Assembly (NCBI GenBank): GCA_965202585.1
Contig: OZ241832.1
Coordinates: 65,100,001 to 65,164,000 of the forward strand
Source: Thalia democratica
Taxonomy: Eukaryota
DNA length: 64,000 nucleotides
Reading direction: 5' to 3'
Shown: in pieces, positions 1-12,480 of the stretch
Numbering within the stretch: position 1 is the stretch's first letter
How the letters are laid out: every line of letters starts with the position of its first letter
The notes under the pieces: model-generated
The model's database searches: none
Seen by the model: the letters and a program-made list of their open reading frames with translations, nothing else
What the model was told of the DNA's origin: nothing
Position numbers and translations under genes: made by a program

Positions 1-1147
1 TAACTATAGACTTAGCTTAGTTTTACAAAAAGTTTTAATCTTTTGCTATTTTAATTTTTATGTTATTTTTGGTAAAAAAATGTTTTGCTTTAATTTTTTT
101 TTAATTTCGGTCAAACAGGTATATTTTTATTAGTTTATTAAACGACAACAAATACGCTCAAAATATTAAATATTTTCTCTTAAGACTTGGTGAACAAAAC
201 AACCTTTCAGATTTCGAGTTCGTTTCACCTCCTGGACTGGATACCTTTTAACGTCTTGTCAGAACAACAATAAATTGAATTTATAATTTAAACTATTTAT
301 TTGAATAAGAAGTCAAACATTCTATTTAGATAAAACTTTATTATTAACTGATGATCTATACTTTTGAGTGAAACATTGTTTGGAAAACAAAATATTAAAA
401 TATTAATAGTCAAACAAATGTTATAAATAGAGTTTACACACTTTTTAACAAAACAGAAAAGTTTTTAGGGCATATTCTAACTCTGTAAAGAAAAAGATCA
501 TAACTTTTTTTCTAAAATCTGTTCAACTTTTTGTCATAAAGATAATAAAATGAAAACATAATTAAAATAATACTTTCTACTATATGATTTTAAAATATGT
601 AATATAATTAGCTGTTTTGTGTAATACGTGGTAAAAAATGTATAATAATCTTTTAAACTATTTTAGTGATTATTCTAAAACTATAGCTTTAAGATACTTT
701 TTTACTAGTTAAAGTGTTACGGATGTTTCGTATCGAGTTTATTATTTTTAAAAGTATGCTAGATTTTTAGTGTTATTTTGGTTTCTTATAACCATTTTAA
801 AGAAAATAAAATCAATATAACATGCTTTTTTAATGTTATAAGGTAGTATTTTAACACTTTATATAAATTTAGTAACTACTTAATTAAATTACTTATAATT
901 ATTAAAATAATGAAACAAAATATTCAGTTTTAGTTTAAAGTTGGTCTGAAAACATTAATTTATGGGAAATAAAATTAATGTTATTTTTAATATACCCAAA
1001 ACGATTATAATCGTTAAGTTAATTTCTACATGTTTGAATTGATTTGATGTTCTAACAGTTATATTATTTAGGTTTATTTAAAAGTTAACTCTAAACTATT
1101 TTCAAAAATATTTTAAACAAACTTCACTTTTTTTTTTCTTTTTTTAG

Positions 1148-1192
1148 ATCTGAGCAAGGTCTTCAAAGACTGTGAAAAATGTTCTACCATTG
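1148..1192 (+). other. Candidate 45-nt spliced exon of a plus-strand transcript
   Basis: Long polypyrimidine tract ending TTTTTAG at 1147, 45 nt of sequence, then GTAATA. Exon and splice dinucleotides are identical in copy B (32154-32198). One frame is open (LSKVFKDCEKCSTI). Confidence 0.35.
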
Positions 1193-1379
1193 GTAATATG
1201 CTTTAAGTTTCAACAAAATACTTTGTTTCGGTCGATTTAAATAATGTTTTCATAAAAAAATCTCAATTTTTTGTAATTTACTACAGTTCTTAAAATTTCA
1301 ATCTCGTTTAAAATAGTTATAGAAACTAATCGTTGTTACTAGCTTATGGTAGCATATCATTAACGTTTTGTTAAGTGAA

Positions 1380-1597
1380 AAAAAATTCAAACCAGAATTT
1401 TCTAGAAGAACTTTATAAAAACACCAGTTTGTATATCGAGAATTAATTTTTTTGGCAGCATTAAGGTTCAGAGGTTAAAATTCTTTCAATTACTCTTTAA
1501 AATGAAATAAGTTAGTCTGCCATAGATTGAAGGAATCAAAGTCCACTTACCACACACATGGATATTAATGTTTTGGATCACAGTCATTGTAAGTCAA
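1380..1597. repeat. Unassigned ~200-bp dispersed module (also ~6760-6925, ~17750-17950, ~32391-32600)
   Basis: Shared string gagaattattttt..gcattaaggtt.agaggttaaaa...gtctgccatag.ttgaagg.atcaaa.tccacttaccac...attgtaagtc occurs in four places. Confidence 0.8.
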
Positions 1598-3129
1598 AAT
1601 ATGTATGAAACTTATTGCTGTTATAAAAATTAAAGTTTTTGTTCATCAATAAAAGTTCAAAATGTTTAGAATTGTTTTCTAATTTGAAATTAAATTGTTA
1701 TCATAATGATCTTCAAAGACTTTTTTCCAGAAATATTTAAACACATTTAAAATCTGTGATAAAGTATTTTTATGTTTTTAATAATTTTACTAAAAAATGT
1801 CTAAAAAAGTTTAACACAGTAGAAATTAAAATAACTGAAATTAAATTCTATTTCTGGTAAAATATTATTGAGGTCATGATTAAAAAGTAAGAAATATAAT
1901 ATATTAAGCAACTGAAACCCATTTTGACAGAATTAAATATTAATTGTTTTACTATTTTCAAGCACATATGACTGGTGTCTTTAAATAGTTAAACTTCATA
2001 AGGTTTTACTCAAATTTACAATTTATAAGTAAAGTTGAAATGTCATATTTGAAATGTTATATTTTCCACTCATCTAATATATTTTATTGCAAATAACAGT
2101 AAAACAAAAATTTAGTTAGTAATACTGGTTATAGTTTTAGCTTTTTTGTAAACTTATGCAATTATCAAAATCATATGTATTATGTGTTACAATCATATTT
2201 CAAGAATTTTTTTTGATGAATTTGAAATATATAAATATTATTGTGTAACAAAATTCAAAAATTTAAACACAATACGACAAAGTCAAACAAAATGAAGGTC
2301 CAATTATAAACTGGGTATCCATGTCAAATTCCAATTTGTTGTCAAAGCTACAAATTTAATTGTTGATATTACTATTAATATTATACTTTGATTATTATGC
2401 ATTGTCATTGAGGTGGATTGAGCTCTTCAACGTCATAGATCTTACCTACTGCAGGTGGATTGGAGTCTTTTTCAACAATTTTGAAGAATTCAATATACAT
2501 CTTTGGGCCATTGCCTGCCCTTTTTCATTTTATACATCTTAAAGCATTAAAAATGCAGATTTTAAAGTTAGCATTTATATGCTAATGTACCTAAGAGCTA
2601 CTTCTAAAAAATATTCTGTTATTCATTTCATAAATAAACATAATTTTGAATGTGAGCTATTTAAATTAATTACTAGGAAGACAATTATAATTTTTAATGC
2701 TAAGCAAAGTAGCTCATGTGGTCTCACCAACAAAAAGTGAATAAGATCTGAGCTAATTTATTTAAATTAATTGATCTTTATATTTTTGTATGATGAAATT
2801 TTTTACTACTACAGTACATTTTATTCCTGAATTATGGAAATATTTTTGCCTTACACAGTGTTTCAAGCATCTAATAAGACATAACATTGTGAAATTTTAC
2901 TGTGCATGTCAAGATGCAAGACAATTTATACTTTTTTTTTGATGTTGTGTAACTTAAACTGCTGTTACAGAAGTAAAACAATCTCTTATAAACTAATAGC
3001 CAAAATGTTAGTTTGTACAAAATAGACTCTTAAAGTTTATTAAGTGTAATTATTTTCCCACAGTTACATACAAGTTCTTCTGTTTTATCAGAATTGAAGA
3101 ATAACTTGTCAATTTAGTTTAATAGATTA

Positions 3130-3564
3130 TTAACAATGTAAAATCTGAAAAGAAAGTAACTTCAGCCCTGCAGTACCATAAAATTCTTGTCCTATTCTCC
3201 CATAACCCTTAAGCTTGCATACTGTATTCCCCGCCACTATGCTATTCGACGTCAGTATCATAACCTGATGCGGACTCAGCCCCACAACCCCTGCATTTGT
3301 ATGCACACCAGTAACGTGCAGTCTCGCAGAAGCACTGGGAGCCTCCGGGAGAGGAGGGCCCCTGACATTTTGACTGCTCGCTAAAATCGTATCAATCCCA
3401 TTATTTGCTCGAGCAACTACGTAATCGTGGGTTTCAACGAACCAGCTGATATAATCCTCCCTCGCCTGACCATCCAAATTGCTGATTCCTCTCAGGTTGT
3501 TCTCGAACTGGGTCATATATCTGCCGTTAGTAGAAGCAACTACCTTAGCACTCTCAGCTGCACT
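3130..3564 (-). pseudogene. GC-richer inserted coding fragment of unknown origin (candidate endogenous viral or foreign fragment)
   Basis: 128-aa ORF 3130-3516, open 16 codons further upstream (SAAESAKVVASTNGRY). Hand counts of two 60-nt lines gave 42% and 63% G+C, well above the background. Absent from copy B. Confidence 0.55.
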
Positions 3565-4294
3565 TTACTATAACCATTTTACTTTTCTCAGATTGTTGAT
3601 AAGATTTTACATGAAGAATAACTCCTTGTCAATTTAGTTTAATAATTTATTAACAATGTAAAATCTGAAAAGAAAACAAGTATAAACATAAACACTAAAA
3701 TGAGCTATAGTCTAATTATCCTACAAGAATATTGAATTCTGCAACTAGAATCTTTTTACTTCTGACAAAATAAGTTGTGAAAAAACCAATATATTTTTTT
3801 TGTGAAAATGTTGGTGATCTTCATTATCTTTTAAATTTGTATCATCATGAGGCTTTCTGTGAAACCATTTGGCTTAATAAATTATGTGAATTTTAATCTC
3901 AAGAGTAATTTTCATTTCTAACAAAAATACTGCTTTATCTATCAGTGTTTTTTTTTGGGTAACCTGTTTCTGATAACTTTTAACTTTTATACACCAAATA
4001 CAGTTAATATATATTTCACTTTAATTTGGGTAAAGTTACCCATTTCAATCTAAATTTGTTTCTTTTTATACTTTCTTCAAATGCCAAATATCTATATATA
4101 AGTTTTGTGTTTACTTATAAACAGAAATCTTAGACTTTCAATCAATTTATAGCTTATTTTACTGCAAATAAAAACCTTGTTATCCTTTAGTTTAGATGCA
4201 TTTTACTTATTAAATTTATTGTTTCCAGAGAAACTTTTTCACATTGTATTTAAAGCTGTAGCAGTACACATGAGACTCTAAATTAAAAAAAACC

Positions 4295-4810
4295 TCTTTT
4301 TTATTAAATATTTTAAATCTCCCCACATCCTTTCAACCTTCTGGGTATGAACCCAAATGTTAAGAGGGTGTACAAAACCTACCGCATAATTAACTTTAAA
4401 ATGAAAAATTTATTTAAATTACGCTTATTCTAGAAGTTAAGCTATTTCTTTTTATTTTTCTATTGAAGACAATTAGATTGTTAATATTATTACACAAAGC
4501 TTATATTTAAATATTATTTGAACTAATAGAGTATTAAAACTATACAACCTCAATTTAAGGTTTGGTGCCCTAGGATATAAATATGAATTTAAGGTTGCAA
4601 ATATTCAGCTAACTATAGAAACGTCATTGCTACTAAGTAAATTTTCTATATTGTTATTGGCCACAGCTGTCTGATATAATAGTAGTGCTCAATATATTTA
4701 ATAATTACTGGCTCCAACGTCTCCCTATCTGTCCTTCCCTCCATTCCCATACAATGTATAAAACGTTTACTGCTACAACTCCATACCGCCAAATACCCAG
4801 TGATGGGTCC
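4295..4810 (-). mobile_element. Merlin (IS1595/ISXO2-like DDE) transposase fragments
   Basis: Minus-strand translations WVFGG...DRETLEP...STTIISDSC (4655-4810) and HFKVNYAVGFVHP...HTQKVERMWGDLK (4295-4405) match the Merlin motifs WVFGG / GTTIISD / H.TVNH...HTQ.IER.W. Confidence 0.8.
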
Positions 4811-4829
4811 TTATAAGTGTTTTAAATGG

Positions 4830-5110
4830 TTTACTTTTGCAAGGTGATATTTTTGCTTGGAACATAACTTTTGCATGCAGGTTGATTAAATGCTTCTATG
4901 TAATACCAAATCTAACAAAAATTTTTAAGTTTTGAAAACTGAAAATCGTATAAATTATTATAACTACAAACTACCTTGCAGTGACTTTTAGTACAGCTAT
5001 AGTTTTTTATTCCTTGAAGGATTGGTCCTATTATATGTAAGAAGGTGCCCTTCGAATACTATTTTGTTGTGTTTGCCTACACAAGGTACTTCAGTAGAGT
5101 ATTTACTCTA
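4830..5110 (-). mobile_element. Intron-containing fragment, possible FLYWCH/WRKY-like zinc finger of a transposase (copies at ~14690-14790, 21430-21680, 35310-35595 and in each tandem unit)
   Basis: IVFEGHPLTYNKTNPSGNK..YRCTKSHCK (with a frameshift in an A run), then a ~75-nt GTAGTT...TTTTTGTTAG intron on the minus strand. Confidence 0.4.
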
Positions 5111-5394
5111 TAAAAGGGAAAACACTGAAATTTTTGATATATTAAAATTTTTTGAATGTATCATTAAATAAATATATCTTTCTTTGTTGAGTTTATTTAC
5201 AAACTAATTAAAAGAATGATAAAGTCTGTAATACAAAACATAACTAAAACTAGGTAAATACTTCTACAATCATGTTGTGGTAAAAACTTTGTTGATCCTA
5301 TTTCAATTGGATCCTTGTTCAGTCAAACTTGATTGTTGAAAGCAGGTTTTCATCAGATGTGTGTTTGTGTTGTTTAAAAATACCTTTTTCTTTT

Positions 5395-6700
5395 TAAAGT
5401 GCAGGATGAGAATTGTTTAGAATTTAATATATTATTTTATTTCATTATATTTTGTAAAAGAGCTACACTCTTCCATCAAAAATTTTTATTTTTAAGAATT
5501 TCATTATCAATATTTGCTTTTGAATTACCATTTTTTGTGTGCTACAAAAGATTCTGTTAGAATTTGGAAACACAGAATTAATCGCTTTAGTTATAGAATA
5601 TTCTTAATCACTGACAAAAATTAATTTGTAGATTGCCAATCTTTTAAATAAAAAGTTTCATCTGCTATTTCTTGCAAGGTTTTATCTATGGTTTCAAAAA
5701 AATAAATAAAAACATCAATTTTCAGGATGCTTGAAAAAAAATTAGTCCTATAAAAGAAGCAAGGTCTTTTGAAATTGTTTGATACAGCTTTATATTTGTA
5801 TAACTTAATGTAGTAATATAAAACTATGACCTATCAAAAGTCATATCAACTTGGATAAGACATTTATATTTTGGGTTTGTAATAAGCTTGTATAGGCCAT
5901 AAAAACTATCTTTAATATATAATACGACAGATTACAATTCTTACTTACATTTGTTTAAAATGTTTCTTTTGAACAAAGTCATCATTACCAGCCTTTTTAC
6001 TTAGATTACAGATTTGTTCAACCACATTTCTGTCAACCAAACGGTTTTTTTTTGGTTTTTTCCCTACTCCCTTTGTTACATCTGTACATTCCTCTTTTTA
6101 TGTCATAACTGAATTTAAAAGTATTTGTAAGTTTAATGATATTTATATTTAATAAAAAAATTATTGAGTAGTTTGTAAAACAAGTAATTACTCGCATGGT
6201 TTGCTGCATTTTGGACACAGAGCTCCTTTTGACAAAACTCTGTGTTTTTGAAGAAACTTTCTGGAGAATTCTGGGCGTCAAATAATACTATTCTTATTAA
6301 GGGGTTGTCTATACAAAAACAGTTCATAATAAAATTATACTTTAACTCTATGGCTTCTTACTAATTAGTTTTTATCTTTAAAAGTGTAGAGAAAAGTTAT
6401 TTGTATTGGTACTATGTTACCAAGCAATGTTTTTAATTTTTATAAGTTAATGTAGTAATATAAACTCTTCTTACCTATCGAAAGTCTTATCAACATGGAT
6501 TAGACATTTATAATTTGAATTTGTAACAAGCAAAACAGGTCATATAGACTATTCGTAAAATATAATACAAAATAAGGCAATTCACTTTTACATTTGTTTA
6601 CAATGTATATTTGCACAAAGTCCACATTACCAGCTTTTTACTTTGATCACAAATTTCTTTGACCATATTTCTGCCAACCAAACGGGTTTTTTTAGTTTTT
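5395..6700 (-). mobile_element. Mutator/MULE transposase family 2 catalytic-core fragments
   Basis: ...SVVLY...IQVD(K/M)TFD..FYITTLSY (first Asp) and FVSD[Q/*]EYSITKAINSVFPNSNRIFCST (second Asp plus CxxH region), with stops and frameshifts. A second first-Asp piece lies at ~6420-6700. Confidence 0.8.
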
Positions 6701-7039
6701 TTTGTATGATAATACATATCATGTTTAGTAATAAACTTATCTATAATCAGATATTTCCAGTTTGTTTATTGAGAATTATTTTTTTGGTAGCATTCAAGTT
6801 CACAGGTTAAAACTACATCAATTACTCTCTAAAATTAAATAAGTATGTCTGCCATAGGTTGAAGGTATCAAAATCCACTTACCACATGGGTATTAATATT
6901 TTTGCTGATAGTAATTGTAAGTCATGTTATTATTTCTATTATTTTTCTGTTCGAGATGCACAGTATGGATCTTGAGCAGGTGCATTGTCTTTTATAGTTA
7001 TTTTCATCTTATGTTTTAAATATTCTTCTGTGTAAAATA

Positions 7040-7950
7040 TGTTCGCATAATCTCCTTAGTCTTATTGACTCTCCGAATACAATTGGTTTGTAAATGGAGC
7101 ATGGATGGTGTGACTTTCCATTTACAAATACACAATTTTTGCTGTTGGTTTTATATAGTTTTTTACATAAAAGCTGCCCTTTTCTGTTTAGTCAATGACG
7201 TGGTTGACATCCAAAATATTTCAGTTTAGTATATTGCAACATTTTTTATAAGGTTTTGGAACATGGTGGTAATTCTAGATAAGAAAGTGTTGCCTAAAGC
7301 CCAATTCATTCTTTTTGGTGTTTCTCTTTTTTTTTGTTTCAACTTGTTCTGGGTTTAATTTATGAGTTTTAAATGTTGGGTAGATTTGTCCTGGGTTATC
7401 ATTTTTTAAATATTTAGCTTTTTGGCCTGTTATTTTTGACAGTATTCCACTTATGTTAATTTTTTCCAATTGTGTGAAATAATATGATTTCATCTATTCA
7501 ATAACCTTCATCACTTATAAAAACAGTTGGTTATTTACCTTCTGCTTCACTTTTGTATTTGAAAGTGTTTGTCAGTCAATTAGGTAAAATGTTGTTTACT
7601 ACCACATTTTTTACTTGAACTTTTTAAAATTTGGACAGTTTTCAATCTAATACTCCTGACTTTTTTTTATTTATGACATGTTGTTGTATGGAACTTTATT
7701 TTGGATGTTAATAATTTTCATTACATTCAAATTCAAGTATAGTTTGAATGTGTTCAACAGGATTCTAGTTGATGAATTTATTTTAACCACATATTTTATA
7801 TTTAGAAAATTCCAAATATTTGTAACATCTCTTTTTGACTTGAAGTATTTGTGGTACTTGTGGTAAAATTCAACATTTAAATTTCTTTGTTTTCATTAAC
7901 ATTTGTTTTTCAAATTTATAAATATCACGTTATCAAATTTATAAATATTA
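7040..7950 (-). mobile_element. Penelope-like retroelement family A fragment (RT N-terminus and thumb, internally deleted)
   Basis: NPGQIYPTFKTHK (ORF 7275-7493) and FVNGKSHHP.SIYKPIVFGESIRLRRL, both typical PLE RT motifs. Confidence 0.8.
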
Positions 7951-9230
7951 CTGCTATCATCTGGTGCTTCCATAAAATTCACCAGAAATATGCTTATAAG
8001 TCATATATTTGTAATTCTTTTATAACAACTATTGCTTGAAAGATATAGTCAAACCATACATAATGATTTGTATTGTCTTATATTTAAAGGAAAATGTTTT
8101 GGAAACTCATGCCTTCTAAGTTGAGGAATATTTTAGGAGTTACACTAGTTTGTGAAGGTTTTCAAGAAATGTTGTATATATATAGTTCTTTCATTTCCTA
8201 CCTAAGAGTTGAAGAAATTCTTTAACATGTTCTTTTTAAAAATTTTCTGACATCACAGAGTTTTGTTTCACACTCTAAAAAAATATAATTTAATTCAAAA
8301 TCAATAAAACATTTTTGTTACATAAATCTAATAATACCAAAGTTTTTATTGACAAACTTTTGTTTTTAAGGTAAAGTTGATAAATTTAATTGACTATCAT
8401 GGTAGTTTCTGTTTTTTTATGGTCAACTTTGAAGTAGCAATTAGTAAAATTTCAACTGTTTGTCTTTCACTTTACTATTTTAATATTATAACTTCAAGCA
8501 CAGCTTTTGGTTGGTTGGGTACCATATTCTCAGTTTTTATTTTTATAAACCTTTTGCAACTTATTATTAACAGATTATTGATTTTAGTATATAACTTTTT
8601 AGTACTACATATATTATACAAAAATCTAAGACAGGATTCATTCAAAAACATCTTTTATTGGAGCAAAGAACAAATAAAATATATTTTGGCTAACACTTAT
8701 CAACTACTTTTGTTAGCAACTAATTTTAAGATTAAATATTGAGTAAATAAATAGATAGAGGTTACATTACGAAAAACAAACAATTAACAAATTGGCATAA
8801 TTAAGCAATAATTAATTAGAAATTCACAATTCATAACTACATATTTATAAATATTTAATCAGGAATTTAAGTAAGATAAGCAACAATAACAAAACCAACA
8901 ATAAAATAAGCAACAAATTTAAACAAAAAAGAAATTCATAACATCTTATAAAGATTAGAATTATAAACGTATTGTTGCTTGCACAAATTAGGTTTAAACG
9001 TTTTTATAAATAAAGATTCTAAACCACTTAAGGTGATAATCATTACGAGCTTTACTTATAATTGAAAAATTACTATCACTATAGTTCTTTGCACAATCTG
9101 AATTGTTTAATAAGTGTTCGGCAATCGCCGATGATATTATTCATTTTGTTTGTATTTTATTTCACAAAGTTTTTCAAAACTATACTAGTAAATTAATTTT
9201 CAAGTGGTAAATGTATAATGAATTTGAAAA
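7950..9230. repeat. Unassigned degenerate segment duplicated at ~49310-50560
   Basis: Collinear similarity by eye. Broken minus-strand frames plus an A-rich (UTR-like on minus) stretch at 8750-9000. Confidence 0.75.
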
Positions 9231-9479
9231 AAAAAAACATAACCAGGTAGTGTAAAGGTTGCCTTTATGTTTACAATAGATTTTTTGATATTTTCAAATT
9301 GACAAAACAGTAACTGTCTTAGTTTTAGGTCTTGCAGTTTCCTTTACAGCTGACTTAATTCAAAAGTTAGTGTTTTCTACTAAATTAATTAAAACAGGCT
9401 TGTTTAGCTTTAAATAAATGTATGGTTGTAAAACATATCTGAAAATTAAGTCCAAACTTTCATTATTATACCTTTTTTC

Positions 9480-10760
9480 TTTTTAAATTGCAGGATGAGA
9501 ATTGTTTAGAATTTAATATATTATTTTCAATTTCATTATATTTTGTAAAAGAGCTACACTCTTCAATCAAAAATTTTGATTTTTAAGAATTTCATTATCA
9601 ATATTTGCTTTTGAATTACCATTTTTTTTGTGTGCTACAAAAGATTCTGTTAGAATTTGAAAACACAGAATTAATCACTTTTGTTATAGAATATTCTTGA
9701 TCACTGACAAAAATTAATTTGGAGATTGCCAATCTTTTAAATAAAAAGTTTCATCTGCTATTTCTTGCAAGGTTTTATCTATGGTTTAAAAAAAAATTAT
9801 TACTTCAAATTTTAGGATGCTTGAAAAAAAATTGGTCCTATAAAAGAAGCAAGGTCTTTTGAAATTGTGCGATACAGCTTTATATTTGTATAACTTTATG
9901 TAGTAATATAAAACTCTGACGTATCAAAAGTCTTATCAACTTGGGTAAAACATTTATAATTTGGGTTTGTAATAAGCTTGTATAGGCCATAAAAACTATC
10001 TTTAATATATAATACGACAGATTACAATTCTTATTTACATTTGTTTAAAATGTTTCTTTTGAACAAAGTCATCATTACCAGCCTTTTTACTTAAATTACA
10101 GATTTCTTCAACCACATTTCTGTCAACCAAACGGTTTTTTTGTTTTTTTTTCTACTCTCTTGTTACATCTGTACATTCCTCTTTTTATGTCATAACTGAA
10201 TTTAAAAGTATTTGTAAGTTTAATACTATTAATATTTAATAAGAAATTTATTGAATAGTTTGTTAAAAAGTAATTACTCGCATGGTTTGCTGCATTTTGG
10301 ACACAAAGCTACTTATGGCAAAACTCTTTGTTTTTGAAGAAACTTTCTAGAGAATTTATTGTCTTCTCTTTGGGCGTCAAATAATACTATTCTTATAAAG
10401 GGGTTGTCTATACAAAAACAGTTCATAATAAAATTATTCATTAACTCTATAGCTTCTTACTAATTAATGTTTATCTTTATAAGTTTAGAGAAGTTGTTTG
10501 TTTTGGTACTATGTTACCAAGCGATGTTTTTAATTTTTGTAAGTTAATGTAGTAATATAAACTCTGACCTATTAAGAGTCTTGTTGACATGGATAAGGCA
10601 TTTATAATTTGAATTTGTAACAAGCCAAACAGGTCATATATACTATCCTTAAAATATAATACAGACAAAGGCAATTCACTTTTACATTTATTTAAAATTG
10701 GACTCATGTCATCATTACCAGCTTTTTGCTTAGATCACAGATTTTTTCAACCACGATTCT
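9480..10760 (-). mobile_element. MULE family 2 transposase fragments (second copy)
   Basis: Paralog of 5395-6700. Contains SDQEYSITKVINSVF.NSNRIFCSTQ and VDKTFD motifs. Confidence 0.8.
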
Positions 10761-10779
10761 GTCAACTTAACGGTCTGAC

Positions 10780-12050
10780 AAAAACTCATTTTTAGGTTTG
10801 TTTTCTCACATTTCTATTAAAGGCAGAACCCATTGCAGCAATAATTTTATGGGCTTAGAACTTATAGTTGGTTAATAGTGTTGCAATTGTTTGTGGAAAT
10901 TAATATGCCACTAAAATATTTGGGTTCTCTTTTGTTCTTTGTGAGTTTTAAAAGTTTTGAAAAGTTTGTTGTCCAAAGACTTATATTCTCATTAACTTTT
11001 CTTGCCTTCTTCATTGGAGCTCCAAACCGATCTTTCCATTCTGCTGTGATTTTAACCATATTTTCAACTAAAGCTTAACAAAAGCAAGACTTTAAACATT
11101 TATCTTTTAAAATCTTTATTGCTTCTAGATAATCACTGTCACGTTTGCACAATCTCCTTAGTCTTAATGACTCTCCGAATACAATTGATTTGTAAATGGA
11201 GCGTGGATGGTGTGACTTTCCATTTACAAATACACAATTTTTAGCTTTTGTTTTATATAGTTTTTTACATAAAAGCCGCCTTTTTCTGTTTAGTCAATGA
11301 CGTGGTTGACATCCAAAATATTTCAGTTTTACAGTAGTTTATTGCAACATTTTTTATAAGGTTTTGGAGCATGGTGGTAATTCTAGATAAGAAAGTGTTG
11401 CCTAAAGCCCAAATCATTCTTTTTGGTGTTTCTCTTTTTTTGTTTCAAATTGTTCTGGTTTAATTTATGAGTTTTAAATGTTGGGTAGATTTGTCCTGGG
11501 TTATCATTTTTTAAATATTTAGCTTTTGGACCTGTTATTTTTGACAGTATTCCACTAATGTTAATTTTTTCCAATTTTGTAAAATAATATGTTTTCATCT
11601 ATTCAATAGCCTTCATCACTTATAAAAACAGTTAGTTATTTACCTTTTGCTTCACTTAGCATTTGAAAGTGTTTGTCAGTCAATTAGGTAAAATGTTGTG
11701 TACTACCACATTTTTTACTTGAATTTTTCATAATTTGGACAGTTTTCAAATCTAATACTCCTGACTTTTTTTATTTATGACATGTTGTTGTATGAAACTT
11801 TATTTTGGCTTTTAATAATTTTCATGATAGCCAAATTCAAGCATAGTTTGAATGTGATCAACAGGATTCTAGTTGATAAAATTTATTTTAACCACAGATT
11901 TTATATTTAAAAAATTCCAAATGTTTGCAACAACTCTTTTTGACTTGAAGTATTTGTGATACTTATGGTAAATTTCAACATTTTAATTTCTTTATTTTCA
12001 TTAACATTTGTTTTTCAACGTTATAAATATCACAGTTATCATCTGGTACT
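10780..12050 (-). mobile_element. Penelope-like family A fragment (longest copy)
   Basis: PGQIYPTFKTHK (11383-11598), thumb HP...SIVFGESLRLRRLCKRDSDYLEAIK (11070-11230), and post-RT EWKDRF...WTTNFSKLLKLT (10862-11059). Confidence 0.85.
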
Positions 12051-12129
12051 TCCATAAAATTAACCAGAAGTTTGATTTTAATTCATATATTTGTAATTCA
12101 TTTATAATTTATATTATTTTTGAAAATCA

Positions 12130-12480
12130 AGGATCATTGATGTGCCGGCTCAATGAAAAAGCTTTGCCTCCGAGAATAGTTGATGAAGAGCCATTATTTT
12201 ATGTTGGTGTAGAAAGAGGTATCAGTACACTAGTCCCTCAACATTTTTCGTAAAAAAAAATCTTACTATATTGTCTTTAAGGTCCCCTTATAGCCTCTCA
12301 ATTGTCTGTGTGTAAATCCACGGGTTTCTAAGACCCACAAATCCCGTCGCATGATTAACCGTTTGGTGGATGTAGTTTAATGTTTTCCCATCCACCAAAT
12401 TTGCTTCAACAATTGAAAATTAAAGCCGCCACTTTTTAAGAGTTACACTTTTTAATTAAAGATTTGTTTTTTGATTTTGC
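12130..12480 (-). mobile_element. Merlin transposase C-terminal fragment (second family)
   Basis: YIHQTVNHATGFVGLRNPWIYTQTIERL*GDLK. The Trp codon is mutated to TAA. Confidence 0.8.

Larger units (their letters stand above)
1..5160. repeat. Segmental duplication, copy A (paralog of 31014-36060)
   Basis: Base 1 (taactatagacttagcttag...) recurs at 31014 and stays near-identical by eye for about 4.6 kb. Main differences: a 456-bp insert in A (3156-3611) and a 422-bp insert in B (35600-36021). Confidence 0.95.

Noticed and set aside
5340-5360. Penelope-type hammerhead ribozyme (CTGATGA on minus strand here and in each tandem unit; CTGATGA...GAAA on plus strand at ~348-373)
   Set aside because: No base-paired stem II between CUGAUGA and GAAA, and no stem I/III could be formed by eye.
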